From the NCBI GenBank assembly GCA_963761335.1, contig CAVXGR010000013.1, forward strand, positions 202,511 through 266,510: a stretch of DNA of 64,000 nucleotides. The letters run 5' to 3'. Position numbers and translations under genes: made by a program. Positions 37,260-46,873 of the stretch are shown one piece after another; position 1 is the first letter of the stretch; each line of letters starts with the position of its first letter. The notes beneath the pieces were generated by a model, which saw only the letters and a program-made list of their open reading frames with translations, did no database searches and was not told where the DNA came from. The stretch is from an uncultured delta proteobacterium (GTDB lineage Bacteria; Desulfobacterota; Binatia; HRBIN30; BPIQ01).

Positions 37260-38243
37260 TCAGGACTCCTTGTGAAGATCGACCAGGGCGTAGCCGTTCG
37301 ACATCGGCGGAAACGACGTCGTGGTCACCGTGTACAGGCCCTCGATGGTGTCGCCGCCGACCAGCGACAGGGTGAAGACGATCACGTTGGGGTTTGGCGG
37401 CCCGATGTTGTAGCTGAGATTCTCGGCGGTCCGCACGACCATCGTGACCTGACTGCCGCCGACGAAGATGTTGCCGCCGAGGTCGGTGACCTGCACTTGG
37501 CCACCGGCAACCTCGATCTTGATGCGGGCCGAGTCGTGCACCCCGGTCGTCTGGTTCACCTTACTGCCGCTCCACGTCCCCAACATCGCCGAGGAGATTC
37601 CGGGAGGCACGACGCCCGTCGTCGGCGTGGGATTGCCTCCGCCACCCGGCGTCTCCGTGGAAGTGGGCGTGGGTGTCGGCGGGTTGGGGTTGCTGCTCGT
37701 GGGCGTCACCGTGGGGGCGACGCCGCTGATCGTGCCCGAGTACTGGGCCGAGTTGAGCGCCAGCGTCATGCTCCCGCCGCCGGGGAACAACGGCAGGATG
37801 CCGCTGAGGTCGACTTGCACCGGCTGCCCCTGGTCGTCGGTGAAGTTGCCGTGGACCGAGAACTCGCCGGTCTCTGGATCCACGGTGCCGGTGAGATTGG
37901 CCGTCGCAATGACGGCAGCCGCACGGCCGACGCCGGTGGAACCTGCCGTGGTGAAGAAGCTCACAGTGTTGCCGTCCGAAATGGTGAGCGTGCCGGTCGC
38001 GTCCCCATTGGCCTGCACGCTCAGCTCGACCCGCGCACTCTGGGCGTTCGCCAGGGCCACAGTGCCGGTGTAGTCGCCGGCGATCGCCGGCGGTGCCGGC
38101 GTATTCGTCGCCGCCGGGGGTACGGTTGCAGTCGGCGAGCCTGCCGGGCTGCTGTCGTTTCCGTCGCAGCCCGAGATCACCAACAGGGTCATGAGAGCGC
38201 ATGGCATCAGCCAGGCCCCCAGATTTCGATTCATACGGGTCAT
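37260..38243 (-). CDS. Two-domain beta-rich lipoprotein with Pro/Thr linker
   Basis: GGAGGGG SD, lipobox ISGC, PTPTPT linker. Confidence 0.7.
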   Translation of the reverse strand: MTRMNRNLGAWLMPCALMTLLVISGCDGNDSSPAGSPTATVPPAATNTPAPPAIAGDYTGTVALANAQSARVELSVQANGDATGTLTISDGNTVSFFTTAGSTGVGRAAAVIATANLTGTVDPETGEFSVHGNFTDDQGQPVQVDLSGILPLFPGGGSMTLALNSAQYSGTISGVAPTVTPTSSNPNPPTPTPTSTETPGGGGNPTPTTGVVPPGISSAMLGTWSGSKVNQTTGVHDSARIKIEVAGGQVQVTDLGGNIFVGGSQVTMVVRTAENLSYNIGPPNPNVIVFTLSLVGGDTIEGLYTVTTTSFPPMSNGYALVDLHKES

Positions 38244-38374
38244 CCCCTCCACCTCCAGGGTAGAATTTTTCACTTTAAGGGCGTTCGAAGGCGATGAACA
38301 ATGTTCAACGTCTGGCAACGGGAGGCTGAACGGACGCGAAAAAATGGATGGGCGGATGCGGCGGCCGGGCTGAA

Positions 38375-41300
38375 TCAGAGAGCCCAGTGGATCGGTGCGC
38401 GGACGTCCGGAACGTAGACGCAGAAGGCGCCGGTCTTGATGGTGGACTCGAGGTAGTGCCCGAGGATGGGGTTGCGGGCGGCGATCCGCTTGATCACCGA
38501 CCGGATCGCGCGGGTGACGTTGAGTCGGGCGCGTTCGCCCGCGCTCGACGCCGTACGATCCCGGCCTTGCAGGCCCAGGGCGCGCGCCAGCTCGCGGGAG
38601 AGGAACTCGATCTCGCGCCGCAACGCCGCGGCGCGCTCGATATCGTTGAAGCTGCTCGCCTCGTCGAGCTGCTCGCGCAGGTGGACGAGCCTCTGCTTGT
38701 AAGCTGCCCGGGCCTGCACATCGAGCAACGGCTCGCCTCGCTCGGGATCGGTACTCACGCGCAGGCCGAGCTGCTCGATGTCGTTGGCGCTCATACCGCC
38801 GCCGGCGACTCCGCCCGCGGTCCCCGGATAGGCGTCGGCGGCGAGATCGAGAGCGTGGAACTCTCGCCCCGGCTGCCGCAACAGACAGGCGATGTAGCGC
38901 AAACCCTTGGTGTCCTTGAGGCGGAGGAGAGAGCCGCCGTAGCCGACGGCCCAGTACTCGCCCTCGAGACGGAAGACGCCGGCATGAGAGTCGCTCTCCA
39001 CCGCGGGCTCGGAGTCCATGGCCGCGCCGATTCCCGCCGGAGTCACTTTCTGCGGCGCCACTGCCAGCCCGCGCTTGGCGGGAAAGCTCAAGACTCTTCC
39101 TCTTCGGCCGCGTTTCCCCGGCGATGCCTGCTCTTTTTCGCTGTCGGCGCCGGTGATCACGCGGGCCTGCGCGCCACCGCCGTAGGCCCGCGCCCGCCGG
39201 CTTTCGGGATCGGAGGGCGCCGGCGTGGCGGCGGCTTGCGAGATCAAGGCGCGCGCCCGGGTCGCGGTCGGCGGCATGCCCAGCGATTCGGCTACCGCCA
39301 GCGCCTGGGAGGCGAGATCGCGCCCGCGCCGGCCATCGCCGGGGGCATTGCGGCAGAGCAGCATGCGGGCAAAGTCGCACCGCGCCAGGGCCAGGGCGGG
39401 CCCGCCCTCCATCGCCTCGATTCTCTCGAGCGCCGCCTCGAAGCACCGTTCGGCTTCGGCGAAGTCTTTCAGCACCGTGGCCAGAACGGCGAGGGCGTGC
39501 GAGGCGGGTCCGAAGCAGACGCGCATGCCGAAGGAGACGTTGCGATGCTCGCCGTAGCGGAGCAGCTGCTCGCGCAAGAGGGCGGCGCGACGAGCGTCGT
39601 CGAGATAGGCGCAGACCTGGCTCAGCCAGGGGATCAGGGCCTCGAGGGAATTGACGCGCGCCAGCTGCGCAAAATCGTTGGCGGCCAGCAGCTCGAGCTC
39701 TGCCCGGGCTTGCTCGCGCCGATCCAGATCCATGCACACGAGCGCCCGCATGCAGCGCACCGCCGGCAGGTGCGGCAGCTGGGCAACGGCGGCTTCAACG
39801 AAGGGCTCGAGGACGTCGTAGCGTCCTTGCAGGCGGTGGAGGACGAAGAGCTGCGCCCGGACGTTGCCGGCGGCATTGGCGTCCTGGACGCGTTCGGCAA
39901 TTCGCAGGGCCTGCTCGGCAACTGCTTCGACCTCGGCGAAGCGTCCCCGCCACAGCGCGTGCATGGCGCGGAGGTTGGCGGCCCCGCAGAGATAACGCGG
40001 CTGCCGCAGCTCCTCGGCGAGCCGCGTGCATTTGGCCACCTCTTGCTCCCAGCTCCCGGTGGCCCCCATCTCGACCAGATCGAGCAGGCGCCAGGTCTGA
40101 GATTGAATGGCCATGTCGCCGTCGCCCGCCTGCTCGGCCAGGCGCAGCGCCTCGTCGGCCACCGCCATTCTCTCGGCGACATCGGGAGAGCTCCATAGGG
40201 CGAAGTGACGCGCGTTGACGGCGTAGGCGAGGGTGGCCGGGTCACCGAGCCGGTGGGCGATGTCGACGGCCTCCTTGCTCAGCTCGGCGCGTCGTTGGGC
40301 GGCATCGGAGAAGTAGAGCTCGACCGCGAGCCGGGCGAGCACCAGGGCGCGCAAGCGGCTGTCCCGCCGTTCGAGCTGGCGCAGGGCTTCCTCGAGCAGC
40401 TTCACCAGCGCGTGATCGACCACGCCGCCCACCGGCAAGCCGAGCCCGGCGCCGCCGAAGCCGAGCGCGGCGCGCGCGAAGGCCTCGCGGGCATCCAGCC
40501 TTCTGGCGATCTCGGCGGCGGCGGAAAGGGTGGCGCGGGAGTCGGCGGTGTGCCAGGCGCGCGCCTGTGCTTCGCCGAGGGCCAGCAGCAGGTCGAGGCG
40601 CTCGGATTCCCGCGGCGACTCCCGCAGCGCCAGCACCTGGAGCGCCTGCTCGTACCAGTGGGCAGCCTCCTCGTGGGCCAACAGCGTCGCGGCCTGGCGG
40701 CCGGCGCGCACGGCATAGGTAATGGCCCGCTCGACTCCACCGCCCGCCGCGGCCTGCAGGAGGTGATGGGCAACCTCGGTCAGGACCGATTCCGGATGAT
40801 CGCCGTGGACAACCTCGAGGGCTTCGGCCACCCGCGCGTGCAGCTCGACCCGCTGGGACAGGGGCAAATCCTCGTACAGGGTCTCGCGAATCAACGCGTG
40901 GGTGAAGCTGTAACGCCCGAGCTCGCTCGGCAGCCTGGTGACGATGCCCGCTGCGGCGGCCTCGGTGACGGCATCGAGCAAATCCGCGGGCGCCAGCGAG
41001 CTCGTTCTCTGCAGGCAGGCGAGCTCGAAGTCGCGGCCGACGACGGCGGCAATCTCGAGCGCCCGGTGACAGCGCGCCGAGAGCGGGCGCAGGCGCTCCC
41101 GGGTAGCCTCGCGAACTCCGTGCGGTATGCGCAGCCCCGAGAGCTCGGTGCGCCCCTCGGAGACCAAGAGCCGCACGATCTCGTCGACAAAGAAGGGGTT
41201 GCCGTCGGTGGCGCGATACACGGTGGCCACCAGGCCCGGCGACGGCTTCAGCCCGAAGACGCGCTCCATGAAGTGGCGCACGTCCTCCTCCGACCAGCCG

Positions 41301-42043
41301 CCGAGCGGCAGGCGGCTGCCGTTGCGGGCGATGGTCCCGAGAATCTTCCCGAGCTCCGGTTGCCGCTGCACCTCGACGTCGCGATAGGTGCCGATCACCA
41401 GGACGCGGGCAGCCACCAGCTCGCGTGCCAGGAACTGCAGCAGCAGTAGGGACGGCTCGTCGGCGGCCTGAAGATCGTCGAGGATCAGCACCAGGGGCTG
41501 CGTGCCCGCGACGTTCTTGAGAAAGGTGACCGCGGCGTCGAAGAGGGGAAAGCGCGCGTGCTCGGAGTCGATCGGCGAGGGCGCCGGTGACTGTGGCAGG
41601 TCGGGCAGGGTCTCGCGCAGCTCGGGAAGCAGCTGCGCCAGGCGGGCTGCTCCCGATCCGAGATGACGGCGAAGCGCCGCCGCATCGAGCCCGGGCAGCA
41701 GCGCGCGGATCGCCTGGATCCAGGGCCAGTAGGCCGGGGCGCCGCCGCCTTCCCAACAACGTCCCCACAGGACCAGCGCGCCGCTCCCGGCAGCCGCTGC
41801 CGCCAGCTCCTCGGCCAGTCGCGTCTTGCCGATGCCGGGCTCGCCAGCCACGAGAAACAGCCGGCCGCGCCCGCCGGCCGCTTCGAGTAACCCCGCTTGC
41901 AGCTCGCTGAGCTCGCGCTCGCGGCCCACGAACAATCGCGCCGTCCGCGTCCCGGAGCCCCCGCCACTGTCGCGCGTCACTACTGTTCGTCCCTCGTTTT
42001 CTGTGACGGGCCGGCGCACCCGTCCGTGCTTAGGTGCCTTCAT
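38375..42043 (-). CDS. STAND-class AAA ATPase (AAA_16) with TPR-like region and C-terminal putative DNA-binding domain (MalT/LuxR-like regulator)
   Basis: FVGRERE, GEPGIGKT (Walker A), LILDD (Walker B), TDGNPFF; C-terminal KGLRYIA.LL..P ... ERARLNVTRAI; true start may be ~41980. Confidence 0.85.
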   Translation of the reverse strand: MKAPKHGRVRRPVTENEGRTVVTRDSGGGSGTRTARLFVGRERELSELQAGLLEAAGGRGRLFLVAGEPGIGKTRLAEELAAAAAGSGALVLWGRCWEGGGAPAYWPWIQAIRALLPGLDAAALRRHLGSGAARLAQLLPELRETLPDLPQSPAPSPIDSEHARFPLFDAAVTFLKNVAGTQPLVLILDDLQAADEPSLLLLQFLARELVAARVLVIGTYRDVEVQRQPELGKILGTIARNGSRLPLGGWSEEDVRHFMERVFGLKPSPGLVATVYRATDGNPFFVDEIVRLLVSEGRTELSGLRIPHGVREATRERLRPLSARCHRALEIAAVVGRDFELACLQRTSSLAPADLLDAVTEAAAAGIVTRLPSELGRYSFTHALIRETLYEDLPLSQRVELHARVAEALEVVHGDHPESVLTEVAHHLLQAAAGGGVERAITYAVRAGRQAATLLAHEEAAHWYEQALQVLALRESPRESERLDLLLALGEAQARAWHTADSRATLSAAAEIARRLDAREAFARAALGFGGAGLGLPVGGVVDHALVKLLEEALRQLERRDSRLRALVLARLAVELYFSDAAQRRAELSKEAVDIAHRLGDPATLAYAVNARHFALWSSPDVAERMAVADEALRLAEQAGDGDMAIQSQTWRLLDLVEMGATGSWEQEVAKCTRLAEELRQPRYLCGAANLRAMHALWRGRFAEVEAVAEQALRIAERVQDANAAGNVRAQLFVLHRLQGRYDVLEPFVEAAVAQLPHLPAVRCMRALVCMDLDRREQARAELELLAANDFAQLARVNSLEALIPWLSQVCAYLDDARRAALLREQLLRYGEHRNVSFGMRVCFGPASHALAVLATVLKDFAEAERCFEAALERIEAMEGGPALALARCDFARMLLCRNAPGDGRRGRDLASQALAVAESLGMPPTATRARALISQAAATPAPSDPESRRARAYGGGAQARVITGADSEKEQASPGKRGRRGRVLSFPAKRGLAVAPQKVTPAGIGAAMDSEPAVESDSHAGVFRLEGEYWAVGYGGSLLRLKDTKGLRYIACLLRQPGREFHALDLAADAYPGTAGGVAGGGMSANDIEQLGLRVSTDPERGEPLLDVQARAAYKQRLVHLREQLDEASSFNDIERAAALRREIEFLSRELARALGLQGRDRTASSAGERARLNVTRAIRSVIKRIAARNPILGHYLESTIKTGAFCVYVPDVRAPIHWAL

Positions 42044-42451
42044 CGGGCCCTCGGGTCAAGTCGGAACCCGCCGCCCGTGGTTGTGCGAGGCGCCGATGAC
42101 CGCCAAGCAGCTCAGACATCAACGGCAAGAAATGGTTCTCGCCTTCGAGAAGCATCGAAGCATCTGCAACACGTGAGCTTCCGCAGCGGCGGCCGCGATC
42201 TCATGGCAGAGATTATGCTGCTCCGCACAAGCGGATCGGCAGGCCTCACGCCGCGCGCGCCTCGGAGCACGGAAGCCCGGCGGCGGACGGCGTGACTCAG
42301 CGTCCAGGAGGGGTAACGGCAATGTGGTTCCCACTCGACCCGAGGTGGAGAAGAGCCTCCGGCGGTCGTGCTTGCGCAGCCCGCGCACCGCCCACTCGCG
42401 GCACTCGCACCTGGACCCGATGACGCCATCATCTTCCAGGGGAGGTGCCTT

Positions 42452-42681
42452 ATGAAACGAGAGCTCGCTGGTGAGGAGAAGCTCACCCGCCGAGAGGCGC
42501 TGGAACCCTTGGATGCTGCGGCTCGGCCTCGGCATCGGTGCTCTGGCCGTGTTGCTGTCCGGCCGCAAGGCTGCTTCGCCGGCTGGGGAGACATGCCAGG
42601 TTTCGGCTCCTCCGGAACAACTCAGAAGGCAACAGCTGGCACTGCGAGTACTGCGGACACCGATTCCAGGATCACTGGTGA
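42452..42681 (+). pseudogene. Frameshifted small Tat-exported Cys/His-rich peptide gene
   Basis: GGAGGT SD, MKRELAGEEKLTRREAL; hydrophobic core and C-terminal CEYCGHRFQDHW* lie in different frames. Confidence 0.45.
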
Positions 42682-42709
42682 GCCGCTGATTCCCGCAAGG
42701 AGGTGAAAA

Positions 42710-43120
42710 ATGCGTAGCGTTGGCGTTGAGAGGACGAGGGTGGTGGAGAACGCGACGCGCCTCGCAGCCACTGCAAGCGCGCTCGCACTGGCCACTCTCC
42801 TGTCGTCCCCATGTCTCGCGGGCTCCGATGTCCGCCCGTTCGGCGGCACCTGGTACGGTACCGAGACATTCGGTGGGCAAGTCGTTGAGTCTGATGACCG
42901 TGGGCCCAGACGGAACCTGCGTGATGAGAACAGGGAATCCGCCGTACATCTTCTTCCAATCGGGTCATCTGATTGTGAGCGGAAACCGGGTCACCTTTCC
43001 GGTGGAGGATTGGGCGCCTAAGCAGGACCCCTCGGGAAGGCCAGGATCCAAACCCCCTTCCGGAACCTGCTTCTACGAGTTCCCGTCGCCCGATACCCTG
43101 CTCATCAGTCTCTGGATCTC
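42710..43120 (+). pseudogene. Frameshifted secreted beta-barrel-like protein
   Basis: AGGAGGT SD, signal peptide and GTWYG in one frame; plausible continuation (MTVGPDGT...FYEFPSPDTL) in another frame from ~42890; 3' end uncertain. Confidence 0.4.
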
Positions 43121-43283
43121 CGCAGCGTGTCGACGTGGCACAAGCGGTGACCCGCGAGGCGGCGAATGCAGCCGGAGAGCGGGAGCAGTGCTCCCGTTCT
43201 CCGCAAGGGACAGGGTGCCATGGGTAGTGTCTAATTGCCGATCCGACCTTCCTGTTGTGCTTCCCCGGCTCGGGGAAAGGTCT

Positions 43284-43423
43284 CCTCTCCCGCATTCTTT
43301 TCCGCGGGGAGAGGATCAAGGTGAGGGGTCCTTTTCTCACTGAAAGTCTATGATTTCTGCGACGTTCAAAGAGATCGGCACCCTCACCCTTGCCCTCTCC
43401 CGCGAGAAGATGCGGGAGAGGGG
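43284..43423. repeat. Inverted pair of CCCTCACCC..CCCTCTCCC...GGGAGAGGG REP-like palindromes
   Basis: Copy 1 at 43284-43328, inverted copy 2 at 43381-43423, each with an internal hairpin. Confidence 0.75.
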
Positions 43424-43793
43424 ACCCGCGCTCGCACCGTCGTGAAGACAACAGCAGTCGTTGTCAGTGGGGGATGTTCCCCGACTTGGGACAGTACTCA
43501 GCCATGAGCCTTGCCGCCGCCAAGCAGACGATGAAAATGAGGCCAGGGGATCTGCCCCGGCAAAATTGGAGGTTCTCCCCGGGGCGATACGCCTCCACGC
43601 CAAGCACCGGAGCGTCCTCTTTCCGTGAGTTCGCCGACGCATCGTGTGCGAGTCCCGCATGAGACCCTTCGAGATACGTCATCGAAAAAATTGTTGCGCC
43701 TCGCGAAAGGGCCGGTGTAGAGTCGCAGCTCTTAGCGGACTTGTTGAGGGGCGTCTTCGCCTCGGATCGCAACTTTGTCACGGATGGAGCCTC

Positions 43794-45575
43794 ATGATGC
43801 AGGCGTGTCGCGATGTACGGGTACTGCGCACCATTTTGATCGCGCCGTCACGGTACGATGGCCGCCGGGTAGCGGTGTTTCGTTGGGGAATGGGCCCCAA
43901 CGGCGCGCTCGGTGCGCTGGCGGGTCTCGCCGAGGACTACAACCGGCGCCACGCCGGGCGCTCACAGATCGACTACGAGTTCTTCGACGAGTACGTGCGC
44001 CGCGCCGTCACCCCGAAGCTTCTGCGCCGCTGGCGCGATGCCGCAGTCGCCCGGGGACAGCGGTTCGTCATCATGCTCTGCGGGGTGCAGACGTCGACGT
44101 ATGCGCGTGCCCGCGACATTGCCCTGATGGCGCGCCGCGAGGACATCGAGGTGATCGCCGGAGGTGTTCACCTCTCCGGCCACGGCCCCTCGGTGGACTT
44201 CCTGGTTTCCTGCGGCGTTCACGTGGCCATTGGCGAGGTTGAGCCGATCTGGGACGAGATCATCGGCGACGCTCTGGAGGGGCGACTGCAGAGCCTCTAC
44301 CGGATCGCCAAGCACCAGGGCATCGAGGTCAAGACGGCGACCTCCTACATGACGGCCCCCGACATCACCGCGGTTCCGTATCCGCACATCCCGCGGCGTC
44401 ACTCGCGCCGCTACGTCAACCCGTGGCAGCTGTCGATCGATGGCTCGCGCGGCTGTCCCTTTCTCTGCACCTTCTGCGTCGTCAAGAACGTCTTCGGGCG
44501 CACCGTCAGAAGTCGCGACCCCGTGCAGCTCGCGGCTTGGATGGTCGAGCGCGTCCGGCGCGACGGCATCCGCGCCTTCTGGTTCACCGACGACAACTTC
44601 GCCCGCAATGCGCGCCACACCGAGCTGCTCGAGCAGCTGGCCGCCGCCCGCGCCCAGGGGTTGGAGTTCTCCCTGTCGCTGATTCTCGACGTCGAGGCCA
44701 CCTGCTACGCCGACGATCCGTCGGAGCGCGGCGAGCGGACGCGCCGGTTCCTCGAGCTCTGCAAGGCCGCGGGCGTCGCCCACGTCTACATCGGCTTGGA
44801 GAGCACCAACGACGCCGTTCTCCGGGAGATGCGCAAGGGGGTCAACCGCGACCGCGACGAGATCCACGGCGCCGGCGGTGATGCCGGCGCCGAGCTGGCT
44901 CGCCAGCGGCTGGTGAAGCGCTATCGCACCGCCGTCGGCGCCTGGCACGGCATCGGGGCGGCGGTGGAGTGCGGCTACATTCTCGGCTTCGAGGCCGACG
45001 CCCGAGGAGCCGGCGCGCAGGCGGCACGCGACATGGTCGAGATCGGCGTCGACATCACCGCCTTCTACCTGCTCGCCCCGCTTCCCGGCTCCGAGGACTA
45101 TGCCCGCGCCGTCGCCGAGGGCAGTCTGATCACCGAGGACGTCAACGAGTACTTCCGCGACCGGGCGATGATGAAGCATCCGCGCCTCAGCCCGGCGGAG
45201 CTGGAGGAGGAGTTCAGAGCCGCCGTGCAGCTGTTCTGGAGCTGGCCGAACCTGGCGCGGCGCATCGGCGCGCACGTCCTCGGCCTCGGCGGCGCCCGCG
45301 CCAGGACTCCCTGGAGCTACTTGAAACGGCAGCTCGGCTGCAAGCTGATGGTGGACACCGGCATGCTCACCTACATCGGCGCCGGGCTGATGCGCCGCCG
45401 CAAGGGACTCTGCGGAAGTCGCGAGGTCATCGGCGACGAGGACGCCCGCCATCACTACCTGGGCGGCGCCACGGTGGCGTCGCCGCTTCCGGCGATCCTG
45501 CGGGACGACACGCAGATGGAGTCGCTGCCGGTGCTGATACGCCGGCGCCCGGAAGCCGCCCGCGCCCAAGCTTGA
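43794..45575 (+). CDS. B12-binding-domain radical SAM enzyme, paralog 1
   Basis: IAGGVH, GEVE, SRGCPFLCTFC, FTDDNF, IGLES, ILGF, PLPGS. Confidence 0.85.
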   Translation: MMQACRDVRVLRTILIAPSRYDGRRVAVFRWGMGPNGALGALAGLAEDYNRRHAGRSQIDYEFFDEYVRRAVTPKLLRRWRDAAVARGQRFVIMLCGVQTSTYARARDIALMARREDIEVIAGGVHLSGHGPSVDFLVSCGVHVAIGEVEPIWDEIIGDALEGRLQSLYRIAKHQGIEVKTATSYMTAPDITAVPYPHIPRRHSRRYVNPWQLSIDGSRGCPFLCTFCVVKNVFGRTVRSRDPVQLAAWMVERVRRDGIRAFWFTDDNFARNARHTELLEQLAAARAQGLEFSLSLILDVEATCYADDPSERGERTRRFLELCKAAGVAHVYIGLESTNDAVLREMRKGVNRDRDEIHGAGGDAGAELARQRLVKRYRTAVGAWHGIGAAVECGYILGFEADARGAGAQAARDMVEIGVDITAFYLLAPLPGSEDYARAVAEGSLITEDVNEYFRDRAMMKHPRLSPAELEEEFRAAVQLFWSWPNLARRIGAHVLGLGGARARTPWSYLKRQLGCKLMVDTGMLTYIGAGLMRRRKGLCGSREVIGDEDARHHYLGGATVASPLPAILRDDTQMESLPVLIRRRPEAARAQA

Positions 45576-45576
45576 G

Positions 45577-46767
45577 CTAGCCCGCGTGCGCGGCGCGGGC
45601 TTCCGCAGCCGGCTGAGAGTCATCGGCGACGTCAATGACTCCCGCGAGACCGTATTTTTGCGGGCCGACGTACTTCAGATTGCAGCAGCCGTTGCAGCCC
45701 GGGTAGATGCGGTCGCGCTGCACCGATCGCCGGAAGGCGCGGAAACGCTCGCCGTTCCACACTTCCTCGATCGGCTGGCGGCGCATGTCGCCGGTAGCGG
45801 CGTAGTGGCACATGGGCGCATAGCGCCCGTCCGCAGCGACGGCGAGCCGGCTCCAGGTCCCTTCGCAAACGTACTCGGCCGGATCGAGAGCCCGCCCGGG
45901 GGTATAGTGGCGCACGAACTCCTCAACCGGCACATGCGGCGTCAGGCGGATCTGCACGCCGAGCTCGCGCTCCAGCTCGTAGCAGCGGATCAGCTGCCGT
46001 CGCAGGAAGTCGGGGTCGACTCCCTCGGGCGCGCGCTGGGCGCGCCGCAGATGGTCGAGCTCGCCGCCCGCGGCGTTGGCGACCAGGTCGTGCTCGGCGA
46101 GAAAGTTGATCAGGTCGACGCCCAGGCGCTTCCCCAGGCGCACGAAGTCCACCATCGACGAGACGGTGTCGCGGGTCACCACCAGCTTGAGATCGAGCTT
46201 GGGGAATGACCTCCGCGCCTGCCGCCGCGCCCGCACCATGTGCTCCATCCCCTGCACGGCGCGCCGCCAGCTCCCCGGGCGCTGTACGACGCGATCGTGG
46301 ACCGCCTCGTCCCCCTGCAGGCTCACCTCCACCAGCACCAGCCCGTTCTGCCACACCCGCCGCGGTGCCAGGTCGACATACGCCAGCGCCACCTCCTCGC
46401 TGACGAGAGCGCCGTTGGTGATCACGTGGGTGCGGTGCTGTCGCCCGGCGTGCGCCAGCAGCTCCGGAAAGTCGCGGCGCACCAGCGTCTCGCCGCCGGC
46501 GAAGGTGATCAGACGGCCGCGCGGCAGCTCGTCGATGCGCCGCTTGAGATCCTCCAGCCCGATGTCGCGCGGCGAAGGTCCGAAAGGCTGCGCCTTCCCC
46601 TCGATGATATCCAGGTACTGGCAGAAGTTGCAGCGCAGGTTGCAGCGGTAGGTGACCTCCATGAGCATGTGGATCGGAAGGAAGGCGCGCCCGTCCCGCC
46701 ACAGGAGCCGCGGAATGGTCGCGTGCGCCTCGAAGAACTTCTGCAGCAGCCAGCTCAGGTTCACCAT
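45577..46767 (-). CDS. Radical SAM/SPASM(Twitch) enzyme, paralog C
   Basis: MVNLSW...CNLRCNFC...GCNGCC; colinear with paralogs A and B. Confidence 0.9.
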   Translation of the reverse strand: MVNLSWLLQKFFEAHATIPRLLWRDGRAFLPIHMLMEVTYRCNLRCNFCQYLDIIEGKAQPFGPSPRDIGLEDLKRRIDELPRGRLITFAGGETLVRRDFPELLAHAGRQHRTHVITNGALVSEEVALAYVDLAPRRVWQNGLVLVEVSLQGDEAVHDRVVQRPGSWRRAVQGMEHMVRARRQARRSFPKLDLKLVVTRDTVSSMVDFVRLGKRLGVDLINFLAEHDLVANAAGGELDHLRRAQRAPEGVDPDFLRRQLIRCYELERELGVQIRLTPHVPVEEFVRHYTPGRALDPAEYVCEGTWSRLAVAADGRYAPMCHYAATGDMRRQPIEEVWNGERFRAFRRSVQRDRIYPGCNGCCNLKYVGPQKYGLAGVIDVADDSQPAAEARAAHAG

Positions 46768-46873
46768 CGGCTTCAGACCCGCAATGTTTGGATTCGGGGT
46801 CACTCTCGCTCGGCGCCGGGTCTTCAGTCAATCGATTCTTGCTTTCCCCACAGGCCGTGGATACGGTGCGGCG

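Noticed and set aside
43284-43423. IS element or MITE ends
   Set aside because: No transposase and no evident target-site duplication; kept only as a REP-like repeat
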